A stretch of 64,000 nucleotides of DNA from Eledone cirrhosa. Taxonomy: Eukaryota. The stretch's first letter is position 1; each line of letters begins with the position of its first letter. The DNA lies in the NCBI GenBank assembly GCA_964016885.1, contig CAXHJY010001326.1, positions 23,931-87,930 of the forward strand, read 5' to 3'. Of this stretch, positions 28,192-40,899 are shown one piece after another. Position numbers and translations under genes: made by a program. Under the pieces are notes generated by a model. It had not been told where the DNA came from and made no database searches. It worked only from the letters and a program-made list of their open reading frames with translations.

Positions 28192-29024
28192 TGATTTCTT
28201 TTATAGGCACAAGGCCAGCAATTTGGAGAGAGGGTAAAGTCAATTAAATCGATCCCAGTGCATTACTGGTGCTTTATTTATTGACCCCGTGAGGATGAAA
28301 AGCGAAGCTAACCTCAACAGGATTTGAACTCAGAAGTAAAGAGACGTAACGATATGTCACCAAGTACATTGTCCAATACACTACCAATTCTGCCAATCCA
28401 CAACATTGTCATAATTTATTATATAAATTATAATAGTTATAGAATTATCATCATTTACCATTCAATTTTCCTTGCTGGCATGGGTTATCACAGACCAGGT
28501 CAGTATTTAATCAGAACTTCCAAGATAGCCTATAATAATATAGAAACAATGCCAGTAATTTGTGGGGAAGGGAAAGACAATTATACAGATTCCAGTTTTT
28601 GATTGATGCTTTATTTTAGAGGCCCCAGAAAGATGAAAGGCAAAGTTGACCTGAGTGAGATTCGAACTCAAAATGTAATTAGCAGGAACAAATGCCACAA
28701 AGCATTTTAGCTGGTAGCCTAACGAATCTGCCAATCCACAAAACATTACTTACATATAATAATAAATAATATTGATGATGATAAGATTAATAATAATAAT
28801 AATAATGATTTCTACTTTAGGAACAAGGCCAGCAATTTGGGGAGAGGGAAAAGTCGATTAAATCGACCCCAGTGTATTACTGGTGCCTTATTTTATTGAT
28901 CCCCGTAAGGATGAAAAGCAAAGTTAACCTTGGTAGGATTTGAACTCAGAATGTAAAGAGACGTAACTATGTCACAAAGCAAGGTGTTTGACGCTCTACC
29001 AATTCTGCCAATCCACCGCTCTAC

Positions 29025-29059
<35 letters not shown>

Positions 29060-29248
29060 TAATAATAATAATTGTTTCTACTTTAGGCACAAGGCCAGCA
29101 ATTACCCAGTGCATTACTGGTACTTTATTTTATCGACCCCGTAAGGCTGAAAGGCAAAGTCAACCTCGGCGGGATTTGAACTCAGATCGCAAAGGGACAT
29201 AACTATGCTGGAAAGCATGGCGTCCGACCCTCTACCGATACTGCCAAA
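28192..29248 (-). mobile_element. head-to-tail cluster of four SINE A copies (reverse)
   Basis: Copies at ~28192-28402, 28540-28740, 28806-29020 and 29070-29248, within (AAT)n. Confidence 0.85.
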
Positions 29249-29828
29249 ATAATAATAATGATAAATTTTAAAGATGAAAGGATATATTGCAATAATCCTG
29301 AATTTATTCTTTATTTACTGTTTTCCACACCAAATGAACCTACAGTATCGTTAAGACTCTAATATTATAAAATAATAAAGGTTGTTTACTTACTCATGCG
29401 ATAGTAATGAAGACAAAGTACATTGTTCAAGAAACAATCAATAATGATAATAATAGTATCGATATTAATAATATATAGTATATCAGTTTTCATCTGGGTT
29501 AAGGGATACATTTTGGTCTTTGTGAATGTGGTTTTCCCCAATTAGAAGCAAATATTTGAAGATGTTGGTCTATGTTTCTTGAAAATTGTCTTGTGTAAAT
29601 ATTTTTGAGAGAAACATACTGCTTTATATATATATATATTATTCTTATTATATGATAAATTATTTTTGTTGTTATTAATATCAACAACAATAATATTTTA
29701 TTGTTGCTGTTGTTTGTATTATCATCATTATTATTATTATATCTAAACTGTTGAAGCATCTCAACAAATAAGCAAATATTGTTTTCCATTTCCTAAGAGG
29801 AGTAAATAGAAATGATTATATAGTGTGT

Positions 29829-29873
<45 letters not shown>

Positions 29874-31429
29874 TATATATACACACACATATATACATAA
29901 AAACATACATACATACAATTACTTATTCATACAAAAAGGAAGACTGATAAAGAGCTAGAGACACACAGACAGGTACTTAGATATAATATACCAAAAGACA
30001 AAGTAGATGTGACAAGATGACAGACAGTCACCTAAACAGACCTATTGATAGGAAGTAAACAGATAATAACTGTCTTTCTCTCCACCATCTCACTCTCTAT
30101 TTCTCCATGTGATAATTCATTTTTCCTAATTTGTTCCTCACACCTGTTTCCAATCTCTCTCTCTCTCTCATACATACACACACACACATTGTGCAATCTT
30201 CATATTAAAATAATTCTCAGTTCAAATGTTTCCTAACATGGCAAAATTTTCTATTTTGTCCTAACACCTATATTTTCCCTCACCAACATTTCTCCTTCAA
30301 CATTTTTAGCCATGTTTTTGGGGGGGCGGTCTTCCCCATTCTCCAACTCCCTCCACATTCCTTTCCATCACAAAATACTGGGTTACCAGGTTCAAAGCAT
30401 TAATTTTAATATATTTTCATTAACTCTCTTAATTCATTTCAGATTAATTTATCTTTGGTCTCTTAATTTTCATTTTTATCTTAAGACCTACATTTTTGCC
30501 CATCAGATATGATCCAATTTAAATATTAGATATTCCTTTCCATATCTGTATGACACTATATCTTTCAGCAGTAAGTAGTGGTGCTAGAGAACCAGAGTGA
30601 CTGTGTGTGAATAGCCTCGAAGTTAAAAATGTCAATATATAAGATCTGTTGTAATAATTGTCAAATGCTGACCAAGCCATTTATGCTGTGTGTATTTGAG
30701 AGAGGCCATCAGATCAAATGGTTTTGTATAAATCAACTGAAATAAATTTGCTTAGATCTTTAGATCTTTTATTCGACCACTTCTCTTTTAAAGCTACGCC
30801 AAAGAGTAATTGTTGATAATAGATTTTTGTCTCTTTTTTCTTTCTATTTCAATGAAAGAGAGGAAAAATCAATTTATTGTTGAAGCAGCATATTCTGGGC
30901 ATCCTTTCTTTTATTATACACAATTTTATGCATATAATGTATAGCTTATAGGAGACATTTTCTTGGCTCCATATGACAGGCAAAAGTATTTGTAACAAAT
31001 ATATCTTTTGGAGGTATCAAAAGAATGTATCAAAGCCTTATATATGACTGTCAATTGGCCTGAAATATTAAACATTGATTCAGTTTGACTTCAATCTCCA
31101 CCTTCCAATCCCCCCAAAGAAATAAATAGAACAAAAATAGGTGAGAAAGAAGGAAAAAGCAGATGGATGCAAAATAAAATGATTATAACCAATAGTGCCG
31201 TTATATTCTGACCTGCAAGTGTCTTTGTTCAACCTAGTTGGTGATTACTGTCAAGTGGGGTGACAGCTCCCTCTTCAGGGAGAAACTTTCACAAACTGAA
31301 ATATATTAGTATTCTTTTCTGCATCCACTCCCAACCCAGATATCAAGAAGTACAACTTACTGTTCAAGTTAATATGGTTTCAAACTACTGACTCACTACT
31401 GTTTCATTATTATTATTATATTCAACGCA

Positions 31430-31803
31430 GTGAAGAGCGGTGGATTGGCAGTATCGGTAGAGGGTCGGACACCATGCGTTGAAGCATAGAGTTACCTCCC
31501 TTTACGATCTGAGTTCAAATCCTGCCGAGGTTAACTTTGCCTTTCATTCTTACAGGGTCGATAAAATAAAGTACCAGTAATACACTGGGATAATTGCTGG
31601 CCTTGTGCCAAAAATAGAAACAATTATTATGTTCAACGCAAAGGGTCATAACTCTGTGCTTTGTAACACAGAGTTATAGCCCTTTATGATCTGAGTTCAA
31701 ATCCCGCTGAGGTTAACTTTGCCTTTCATCCATACGGGGTCGATAAAATAAAGTACCAGTAATGCACTGGGATAATTGCTGGCCTTGTGCCAAAAGTAGA
31801 AAC
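31430..31803 (+). mobile_element. two tandem SINE A copies
   Basis: 31430-31622 with TSD ATTATTATRTTCAACGCA; 31641-31803 is 5'-truncated. Confidence 0.88.
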
Positions 31804-32102
31804 AATTATTATGTTCAATGAGTTGTGTAATGCCAATAGTCTAAGATTCTTTCAAATAAGTTCTTGTTTTTTAGCCCCAGATCGTATTAGAGTGCCAGAC
31901 TTTATTTCAGCTTTTATTACATTCGAAAATCTACAGGGGGTAACACTGCTTTTTTTTCCTTATGGGATGGAGAAATAACGCAATAGTTTAGGGCATTAAA
32001 TTGGTAAATTACCAGAACATCAGTTGAAATGCCTCGCAGTATTTTTCTGACTTTTTGTGCTCTGAGTTCGAAATCTCACTGTGGTCTATATAGGTGACAG
32101 TC

Positions 32103-32322
32103 TTAACATTCTTGATATTAACCTTGTCAAAATATGCTTTAGTTCTATGAAACAAAGTCACCCATATTAAAATATTCCAACATAAATTTATACCAGGGGT
32201 GCATGCTATGTTACAATGTTAGTAAAGAAATATGTTAACAGTTTAGTAAATCCATCAAGATTCTTCATTAATTAATTATGAAATAGTGTATTTATTTAGA
32301 AATAAAGTTATGAAAGGGTCAA
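32103..32322. mobile_element. possible old TTAA-ended non-autonomous DNA element (piggyBac-like); relatives near 51348 and 59766
   Basis: Degenerate TTAACCCTTT-type start followed by ...GTTCTATGAAAC, and AAAGGGTCAA end. Confidence 0.35.
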
Positions 32323-33051
32323 TCTACTACCTAGTTTAACACCCCTTCTTGGCTCTTGTATACTTTTAGTGGCATCTAATATGTTGCAAGCATACACGCC
32401 TGGTCACTGAATTGAAGACACCTTCATCCAAATCTCCCACCAGTTTCAGAGTTACTGAAAAGTGTCATTAAAGGATACAAAACAAAGTCTGTCCTGATTG
32501 AGCAAACTTATCAAAGATATTTTTCTAGCTATGATCATCCCAGCTTTTTATCCAGCATGTCCTTTTCTAATTTAAGATGGTGATTGTCTGAGAGAATTTT
32601 GGTTGCTATTTCTAACAGGTATAACAAACCTGTATAGGCACGTTTTTAATATTGATGGTAATAAGAGTATCTAGGTCTACATTGTCCAATGCATCCTTTC
32701 CTTTTTTAAGACAGTAGTTTGTGATTGAGAGAGATTTGGCTGTTATTTTTCGCTGGTCTAATGATTATGTAAAATCTGTAACTAGATGCTATCCTTAAGT
32801 ACAGCTCTTACTGATGGTAGTAACTTATCATTGGATAAATATAAGTTTTATTGACATTTATATATTAATATAACTTGCTTATCGTTCAGTTAAAGCTTCA
32901 ACTGTGTGGACATGTTTTAGGGTTCAAACCTTACTGTTGCATTGCAGTCATCATGTCATCATAATATTGTGCTGCTCGCTATAGTGTTTCTATCTATCTC
33001 ACACATTCCATGTGTATATTTGAGGGTGAGTATGAGAGAAAACTATAGAAA

Positions 33052-33489
33052 AGGTCTGTGTTCACCTGCTGAGGCCCTAAACTATATGAAATTTGAGGCC
33101 CTCCTCTAAAAAAATATCATTACAGGGCGGTGGATTGGCAGTATCAGTAGAGGGTTGGACGCCATGCTTTCCAGCATAGTTACGTCCCTTTACGATCTGA
33201 GTTCAAATCCCGCCGAGGTTGACTTTGCCTTTCATCGTTACGGGGTCGATAAAATAAAGTACCAGTACTGCACTGGGATAATTGTTGGCCTTGTGCCAAA
33301 ACTAGAAACAATAATTTTTTATATTAATGTTAATGATAAAGTATAAATAATATATATAATTGTTCATGATTTAGTGTTAAAGAATAAAATCAAATGATAG
33401 AATAAAAATATAATTAAAAAAATGAGACCTCCAAGGGTGAGTAGCCTTAAGCTATAACTTATTTAGCTTATAGGTAAGTCTGGTACTGT
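33052..33489 (-). mobile_element. non-autonomous DNA transposon (CAGGGC-type ends) interrupted by SINE A
   Basis: Reverse-complement homologue of 56918-57189 (TAAGCTATA..TTATTTAGCTTATA.GTAAGTCT; TTCACCTG.TGAGGCCCTAA). Confidence 0.65.
33125..33311 (+). mobile_element. SINE family A
   Basis: Full consensus, nested in a DNA element. Confidence 0.9.
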
Positions 33490-34185
33490 GTGTACATGTG
33501 AATGGGAAAACACATCTGTGGATCTACTACATGCAATTCTAAATACGAATAAAGACATACATATAGATATTACTATGTGTGCGTCTGAGTGTGTGTTTAA
33601 TATTACAATGTATGGGTGTGTGAGTGCATCTGTTGAGTCTGAAAACTAGTATAATTTATGTGTAGATACTACTCTGTGTGTGTGTGTGTGTGTGTGTGGT
33701 TGTGCATGCATGTGTATAAAGGAATGAATTTATCAGTCAAACAAAGACAATAATTACGAATGATATATTTGTTTTCTGAGATTACACGTATCTCTTTATG
33801 TATCTGTGTATGTATGTGTGTGTGTGTGTGTGTGTTTATGTGTGTGTGTGTGTGTGTTTGTATGTATTTATATGTGTGTGATTATGTGTATGCAATATTA
33901 GAAACTTATACATATATCATTAATAAAACAATTTGCTGAATGTGATAATCTAATTTGGTATATGAACATTTCATTAGTTTGTTAAACTATCTAAAACTAT
34001 CTATATGGCATTGCTCCAGATGCTGGAGAAGGATATGGATAAGGATGCAGAAGATTAATGAGTGGGGTGAAAGAAAAAAAATAATGGGCCCAGCAATATG
34101 ATGCAGATTAATAAGATAGAGAAAGAGTGATGGTGGTAGTGGTGGTGGTATAGGAGTGAGAATGAGTTAAAAGACTGTCTGAAAG

Positions 34186-34252
<67 letters not shown>

Positions 34253-34750
34253 ACAAAGAACAAGAGGGAAAATGAAACAGAAAGGAATGAGATTAAAAAT
34301 CAAGTGATAGGGAAGGCCAATGAAAGAGAGGAAAAGGAAGTCATGGCCATGTGGTTAAGTAGTTCATTTGATAATTACATTTAAGAGAAATAGATAGAAG
34401 AAATAACATAAGACAGCTCAGCTGTCTAGCACTCTATCGATTCTGGAGTCCATTGTCCTACACTGGTACTTCATTTATTGACCCTGAAAAGGTGAAGGGC
34501 CAAATAGCCAAATTGACCTTAACAGAACTTGAACTCAGAATGGGATGTCCCAAAATACATACCACAAACAGGGCTGGATTGGGCACTAAGTAAAATAAGC
34601 ACATGTCCAGGGCAGTATTTGTCATTAAAAAAAAAAACCTTTTGCAGATCTTATATATTTGGGGGCGAGGAGTACCATAATCATATAAGTGCTTAGGGCC
34701 TCAAAAGGAATTAATCTAATCACATTTCAATCCGTGATTTTACCCTTCTA

Positions 34751-34810
34751 ATAGCAAAGTATCTTTGGTACTATGATACGATAGCAAAGTGTCCTTGGTA
34801 CTATGATACG
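34751..34810. repeat. 30-bp tandem duplication
   Basis: ATAGCAAAGTRTCYTTGGTACTATGATACG x2. Confidence 0.85.
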
Positions 34811-34911
34811 AAACTCTCTATTTCAGAGTGTTTATATCTATCTAAAACGTTTCCATCATTATTTTACATAAGAACCTTTATCAAGCTAAGTTCTATGAAC
34901 TAGCTTAATAA

Positions 34912-35118
34912 TAGTTTCTGATTTAGGCACAAGGCCAACAACTTGGGGGAGGGGAAAGTCAATTAAATCGACTTCAGTGTCTTACAGGTACTTTATTTTA
35001 TCAACTCCATAAGGATGAAAGGCAAAGCTAGCCTAGGCAGGATTTGAACTCAGAACATAAAGTACTCTAACTATATGCCACAAAGTCTGTTGCCTGATAC
35101 TTTACTGATACTGCCAAT
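34912..35118 (-). mobile_element. SINE family A
   Basis: Reverse complement of the longer family A variant. Confidence 0.8.
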
Positions 35119-36217
35119 AATGTGAAAGTTATGTATATTACTAAATTATTCTAAATTCATTATTTTCAAAATGATTTTTAAAATTATTGGCAGTGTCTTC
35201 CATGAGAAATATAGTAATGAAAGTATTAATGCTTCTGACAATTTGTTGACTACAAAAACAATCATAAATGTTATTAATTCCTACAGTGGTTTATTACTAT
35301 AGCCCTAGGCTGACAAATGCCTGGAGTGAATTTAGTAGATAGAAACTCTATGGAATCAATCAGGCCTTATATGCAAAGTTGAGCTGCATGTTTTAATAAC
35401 ATTAGTTGTTTACTAATAATTACCCCCCCCCCCCCCAAAAAAAATCCCAAACCAAATTACTTCTTAATATTTCCAGTTGAAATCAGAGTGATTGAGGGGT
35501 TGTTGTTATGCATGTGGGTCTTATATACTATCAAAAGCAGTACATTAAACAACTTATTTGTAGCAACTTCATCATAAACAACAACAGAGGTTACAGAGAA
35601 ATGCCTTGACCACAGACATATAACAACATAGGTAACAAGTTATAAAACATTTACCCTCCACCAAGATTACTAGGTCATTTGCTTTGCTGCAATAATCACC
35701 TTACAACTAGACAATCACTTGTAAATTGAATGCTAATAATACGCAAATAGAATCAACAATCGTTTTTTTTTTATATATAATTTTTCTTCATAATTTACTT
35801 TTTGTTCTGATTTATTTCAGTTTCCAATTATGCCAAAAAACAAAAAGAGGATTTCTAAAGAAAAAAGAAAAAGAGAAAAGAAAAAAGAGTAAAATAATCG
35901 AAAAACAAATAGAATTATATCTGTGAAGATATTAATTTTAGATAAGGTATATATTCATTTTTCTCCAGTTTTAAAAGTTATTTCTAAAGTTATATGATGA
36001 TATTGTGACTAGCCAAGAAAGATTATCCAGCACACTCTATCACTCCTCCTCCTCCTCTTCCTCCCATACCAAAGTACCTTGATGCAATAAAGTTTCTTCT
36101 AGAATCGATAACAATTTATTTTGAGTAATCAAATGTGTCATGTTACACATTGGTGTCTGATGACGACAACCTCATAAATATATTTACCAACAGGGAAATT
36201 AATTGTGCTACTAAATA

Positions 36218-36249
<32 letters not shown>

Positions 36250-36302
36250 GTATATAGACATATATAGACATATATATACACACACACACATATATATATA
36301 TA

Positions 36303-36628
36303 CATCATCATCATCATCATTTCATTTCACATCCGCTTTTTCCCTGCTTGCAAGGGTGGGACGGGAACTGATTATGGCTTGATTTCTACAGCTGGATGCC
36401 CTTCCTAACACCAACCTCATTTACAGTGAGTGCTGGGTGCTTTTTTGCCGTGGCACCTCCACGACCAGTTTGCAGTGGAATGATATGGACCCCAGTCTCT
36501 ATCATCTCATTTCTACAGCTGAGTAAACTGGAGCAATGTGAAATAAAGTGTCTTGCTCAAGGAAACAACACATCACCCGGTCTGAGAATTGAACTCACAA
36601 ACTTTCGATTGCAAGGCCAATACTTTAA

Positions 36629-36631
<3 letters not shown>
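36303..36631 (-). mobile_element. SINE family B, head clipped by (TA)n
   Basis: Highly similar to 11584-11938 but stops at ...TACTTTAACCA. Confidence 0.9.
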
Positions 36632-36687
<56 letters not shown>

Positions 36688-36709
36688 TATATATATATAT
36701 ATATATATA

Positions 36710-37147
36710 GGTACCTACGTAAAAACACTTATTAGCAAGACATACCCATTCCAAAGACCCTCATGTATAGATAAGAAATGTATAACCTGTAAAATAAGCC
36801 CCCATATTAACTGTAAAACTAGAAATGTAGTGTATAGCATAAGATGTACTGAAGGACAATGTAGAAACAAAAATATAGTGTACATAGGTGAGACAGCTCG
36901 TAGTATAGGGGAACGGATAAATGAACACTGGCGAGACCTTTAAGATAATAAAGAATCATCTGTACTCTACCAACATGCTAAGATAGAACACAAGGGTAAA
37001 TTAGAGAACATAGAAATAAAAATAGAATCCACACACAGAAAAGATGCAATGTTTAGGCAAATTACAGAGGCAGTAAGCATAAAAGAATTACAACCAAAAT
37101 TAAATATAAAATATGAGTGGAACAGCAACATCACAACTTACAATTAA
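36710..37147 (+). pseudogene. GIY-YIG endonuclease domain (PLE), one internal stop
   Basis: Manual translation: ..CITCKISPHINCKTRNVVYSIRCTEGQCRNKNIVYIGETARSIGERINEHWRDL*DNKESSVLYQHAKIEH..MFRQITEAVSIKELQPKLNIKYEWN; VVY..YIG, R and E motifs plus CCHH residues; TAA at 36941. Confidence 0.88.
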
Positions 37148-37349
37148 GGACAAAATGAAAACACACACACATAGAACAAACAACCAACCAACAACATGTA
37201 AATAAATAAACAAATAGATAAATGAACACAAACATACACAGACACCCGGATGTGGCGCATGCGCAAACTGAGCACACAACACACACACAGAAACAAAATG
37301 GCGTAGGACAGAAGAAAGGAAAGGCACAGAAACAAAGAAAGGAATCCCC

Positions 37350-37394
37350 AGTCACTGAAGAGGTCACAGAGTGTGTGACGAAAGGACTATGACT
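37350..37394 (+). ncRNA. minimal type I hammerhead ribozyme
   Basis: AGTCA-CTGAAGA-G-GTCACA gagtg TGTGAC-GAAA-ggac-TA-TGACT: stem I 5 bp, stem II 6 bp, minimal stem III, core intact. Confidence 0.75.
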
Positions 37395-37575
37395 ATATAT
37401 AAACAACTATCTGGTTGTGGAACCAACCAACCAACCAGAAATTTATAAGTTTGTAGATTTGTAAATTTATAAATTTATAAATATATAATAAATTGAAGTG
37501 AAAGCAACTGGTGCGTGTGTTTCTTATTGGCAACATGACCCTCCCAAAGTATAACAATATATATATATATATATA

Positions 37576-39841
37576 TTCTGTGACGCAAATAACCTAACTA
37601 TCTGTAACACTAACTTCAAAAAATGTGACAATCACCTGATCACCTATAGATCCGGGGAACACACAAGCCAGGTAGATTATATCCTTACCAGAAGACGCGA
37701 CAGAGTGTCTGTTGTAAACACTAAAATCCCTCCCCCATGAAGAATGCACCTCCCAACATAGACTGATAATTAGCGACCTCATAGTCAGGATGAGACGTAC
37801 TCGACAGCAGAAGAGGACTATCCTCAGGAGAAAAATATGGAAGGTAAAGGACCCCACAGCCAGAAATAAATTTCAAAGCATATTAATTGATGCTTTCGAC
37901 AGTAAGGAAGAGCATTTAGAGTCGGACAATATAGATGGACAGTGGGAATTTCTGAAAGCAAACCTGCTGATGGCGACAGACGAAGTCTGTGGCTGGAGCA
38001 GGCCTGTAGGCAGGAGGAGAGTAACATGGTGGTGGAACAGTAAGGTGGAGGAGTCAATTAAGGCCAAAAAGCAGGCTTGGAAAGTATGGCGGGATGGGGG
38101 AAGTAGAGAAGACTATCAAGTGGCCAGGAGGGAAGCTAGGAGACAAGTGTACTTCGCAAGAAGGGAAGCAGAGGAAAGAAAGTTCAAGCATGTTCTACAA
38201 CGCGAGGACCAAAAACGTGAGGTGTTCAGGATTGCTAGGCAATGCGTCAAGGAAAACCGTGATATTGTCGGGGAGAAGTGTGTACTTAATGATGACGGCG
38301 TACTTGCCATCACCGACGCTGATAAGAAGGTAGCTTGGAAGTGTCACTATGAAAGGCTACTAAATGAGGAGAATAAATGGGAGAAAGACAGTCTCCCCCA
38401 CATCGACCCAATAGAGGGACCAGCAGTGTTAGTCGAGGGGAGTATAATAAGTAAGGCAATCAAGGATATGAAGACGGGTAAGGCGGCTGGGCCTTCGGAA
38501 ATAGTTGCTGAGATGCTGAAGGCATCTGGCACGGTGGGACACACCATGGTCACCCTCATAGTTAACCAAGTCGTACAGAATGGGGTTGTTCCGAAGGACT
38601 GGTATAGCAGCATCATCGTTAACTGTTATAAGGGTAAAGGAGTCCCCCGCTCCATTATCTGGTGGGCTCTTAGAAAACTAGGGGTTGACGAATGGCTTGT
38701 GAGAGCTATACAAGCCATGTATAAAGAAACAGTCAGCAAGGTTAGAATTAACAACGAATATAGTGAAGAGTTTAGCGTAAAAGTTGGCGTCCATCAGGGC
38801 TCTATTCTCAGCCCCCTACTATTTATTATTGCCCTTCAGGCTATAACAGAGGAGTTGAAGACCGGCTGCCCATGGGAACTCCTATACGCAGATGACCAGA
38901 CACTCATAGCTGAATCAATGGCCGAGCTAGAGAAGAAATTCCAAACATGGAAGCATGGCCTAGAATCAAAAGGACTTAAAATTAACCTGGTTAAGACTAA
39001 AGTTCTAGTTTGTAGGAAAGAAAATAAGGCGGCGGTCCCTTCTGGGAAATAGTCATGCTCAGTGTGTAGGAAAGGCGTAGGTAGAAACTCCATTTTATGT
39101 CCCAAATGCAAAGTATGGGTGCATAAAAGATGTAGTGGGATCACAGGTAAGCTAACTAAGAACATAGATTTTACATGTGGCCGGTGCTCTGGTGCAATAA
39201 GTAGCAGCAAGTGCCCACAAAATACTAGCTCTTTCAATTGCGCAGAGGGTTCTATAGAAATAGTGGACAGCTTCCGTTACCTGGGCGATAAAATCAGCAG
39301 TGGGGGAGGGTGCTCTGAAAGTACAGTAGCTAGAGTCAGAACTGGTTGGAAAAAGTTCAGAGAGCTTATACCACTATTAGCTGCTAAAGGGTTCTCCCTA
39401 AAAATGAAAGGCAGGTTGTATGATGCCTGCATACGAACAGCAACGTTGCATGGCAGTGAGACCTGGGCACTGTGTGCAGAGGATATATGCAGACTAGAGA
39501 GGAACGAAGCTTGCATGCTCCGCTGGATGTGTAACAGTAATATACGTGAACGGCAAAGCATAAACGAACTAAGGAAAAAATTAGAAATAAGAGGGATCAG
39601 ATGTTGTTTACTCGAGAGAAGGCTACGTTGGTATGGACACGTGATGCGCATGAAAGTCGATAGCTGTATAACAAAGTGCAGGGCAATAAAGATAGACGGT
39701 AGCCACGGAATAGGTAGACCTAGAAAAACCTGGGACGAGCTGATAAACTCCGACCTCACACACTTACACCTCTCCAAGACAATATCACTGGACCGAGACC
39801 TTTGGCGGTACTCAGTAACAGAGAAGACCCGCCTTACCTAA
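37576..39841 (+). pseudogene. RTE polyprotein (APE endonuclease end, reverse transcriptase, PHD finger), disrupted
   Basis: FCDANNLTICNTNFKK..LITYRSG..SQVDYIL (APE); +1 frameshift at ~37724; QHRLIISD; GVHQGSILSPLLF; LLYADD; in-frame TAG at 39050 (the two track ORFs share a frame); FRYLG; in-frame deletion at KGKG|VPRS. Confidence 0.93.
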
Positions 39842-40238
39842 ATACATAGTAAAACCTACTACAGCCAGTAGGCATCTCTAACAAAATACACCCCGTCCCA
39901 CCTCCCCTACCCCATCGACACCACCCCGTTCTATGTAAAGTTATGTTGGTACCGCGCCATCCAGGCCGAAACAAATGAGATCGTGTAGGTGTCACGACAA
40001 AAAAACACACAGTCCACGCTGTAATGTGGCCGTGTAGGCAACACGGTAAAAACCTCCCAGACCCACACTGTAAATGTGGTTGGTGTTAGGAAGGGCATCC
40101 AACTGTAGAAAACCTGCCAGACAGTCCTATGCGAGCAAGACAATCACTCTTGCCTCAAGTGGGAATACCCCCGTCCAAACCATGCAAGCGTGGAACACGG
40201 ACGTTAAACGTTGATGATGATGATGATGATGATGATGA
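37576..40238 (+). mobile_element. RTE-clade LINE, 5'-truncated, (GAT)n tail, inserted in (TA)n
   Basis: APE C-terminus, RT, PHD, C-terminal RRLRWYGHVMR/GRPRKTW, ~400-bp 3'UTR ending GGACGTTAAACGTT(GAT)n. Confidence 0.95.
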
Positions 40239-40250
40239 TATATATATATA

Positions 40251-40633
<383 letters not shown>

Positions 40634-40748
40634 CAATATATATATATATATATATATAACGAAGTGAATGTGGTAAGGAACCAGGTGGACCATAACGCTT
40701 GAGCTCAGCCGTCGGGGTCCTACTCGTTCCTATATATATATATATATA

Positions 40749-40790
<42 letters not shown>

Positions 40791-40899
40791 TGTATGTATA
40801 TATGTATGCATATATTTGTATATATATATATTCATATACACACACATATATATATATATGTATGCTGATTTTTTTCTGAATGAAACAGTTCTGGCTCCT

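Larger units (their letters stand above)
36710..37560 (+). mobile_element. Penelope-like retroelement 3' fragment (GIY-YIG endonuclease plus 3' pseudo-LTR)
   Basis: C-terminal GIY-YIG reading frame followed by a non-coding tail with a hammerhead; (TA)n on both sides. Confidence 0.85.

Noticed and set aside
39050-39052. In-frame TAG between the two RTE ORFs as programmed readthrough
   Set aside because: Most simply a TGG-to-TAG mutation in a copy that also has a frameshift and a deletion
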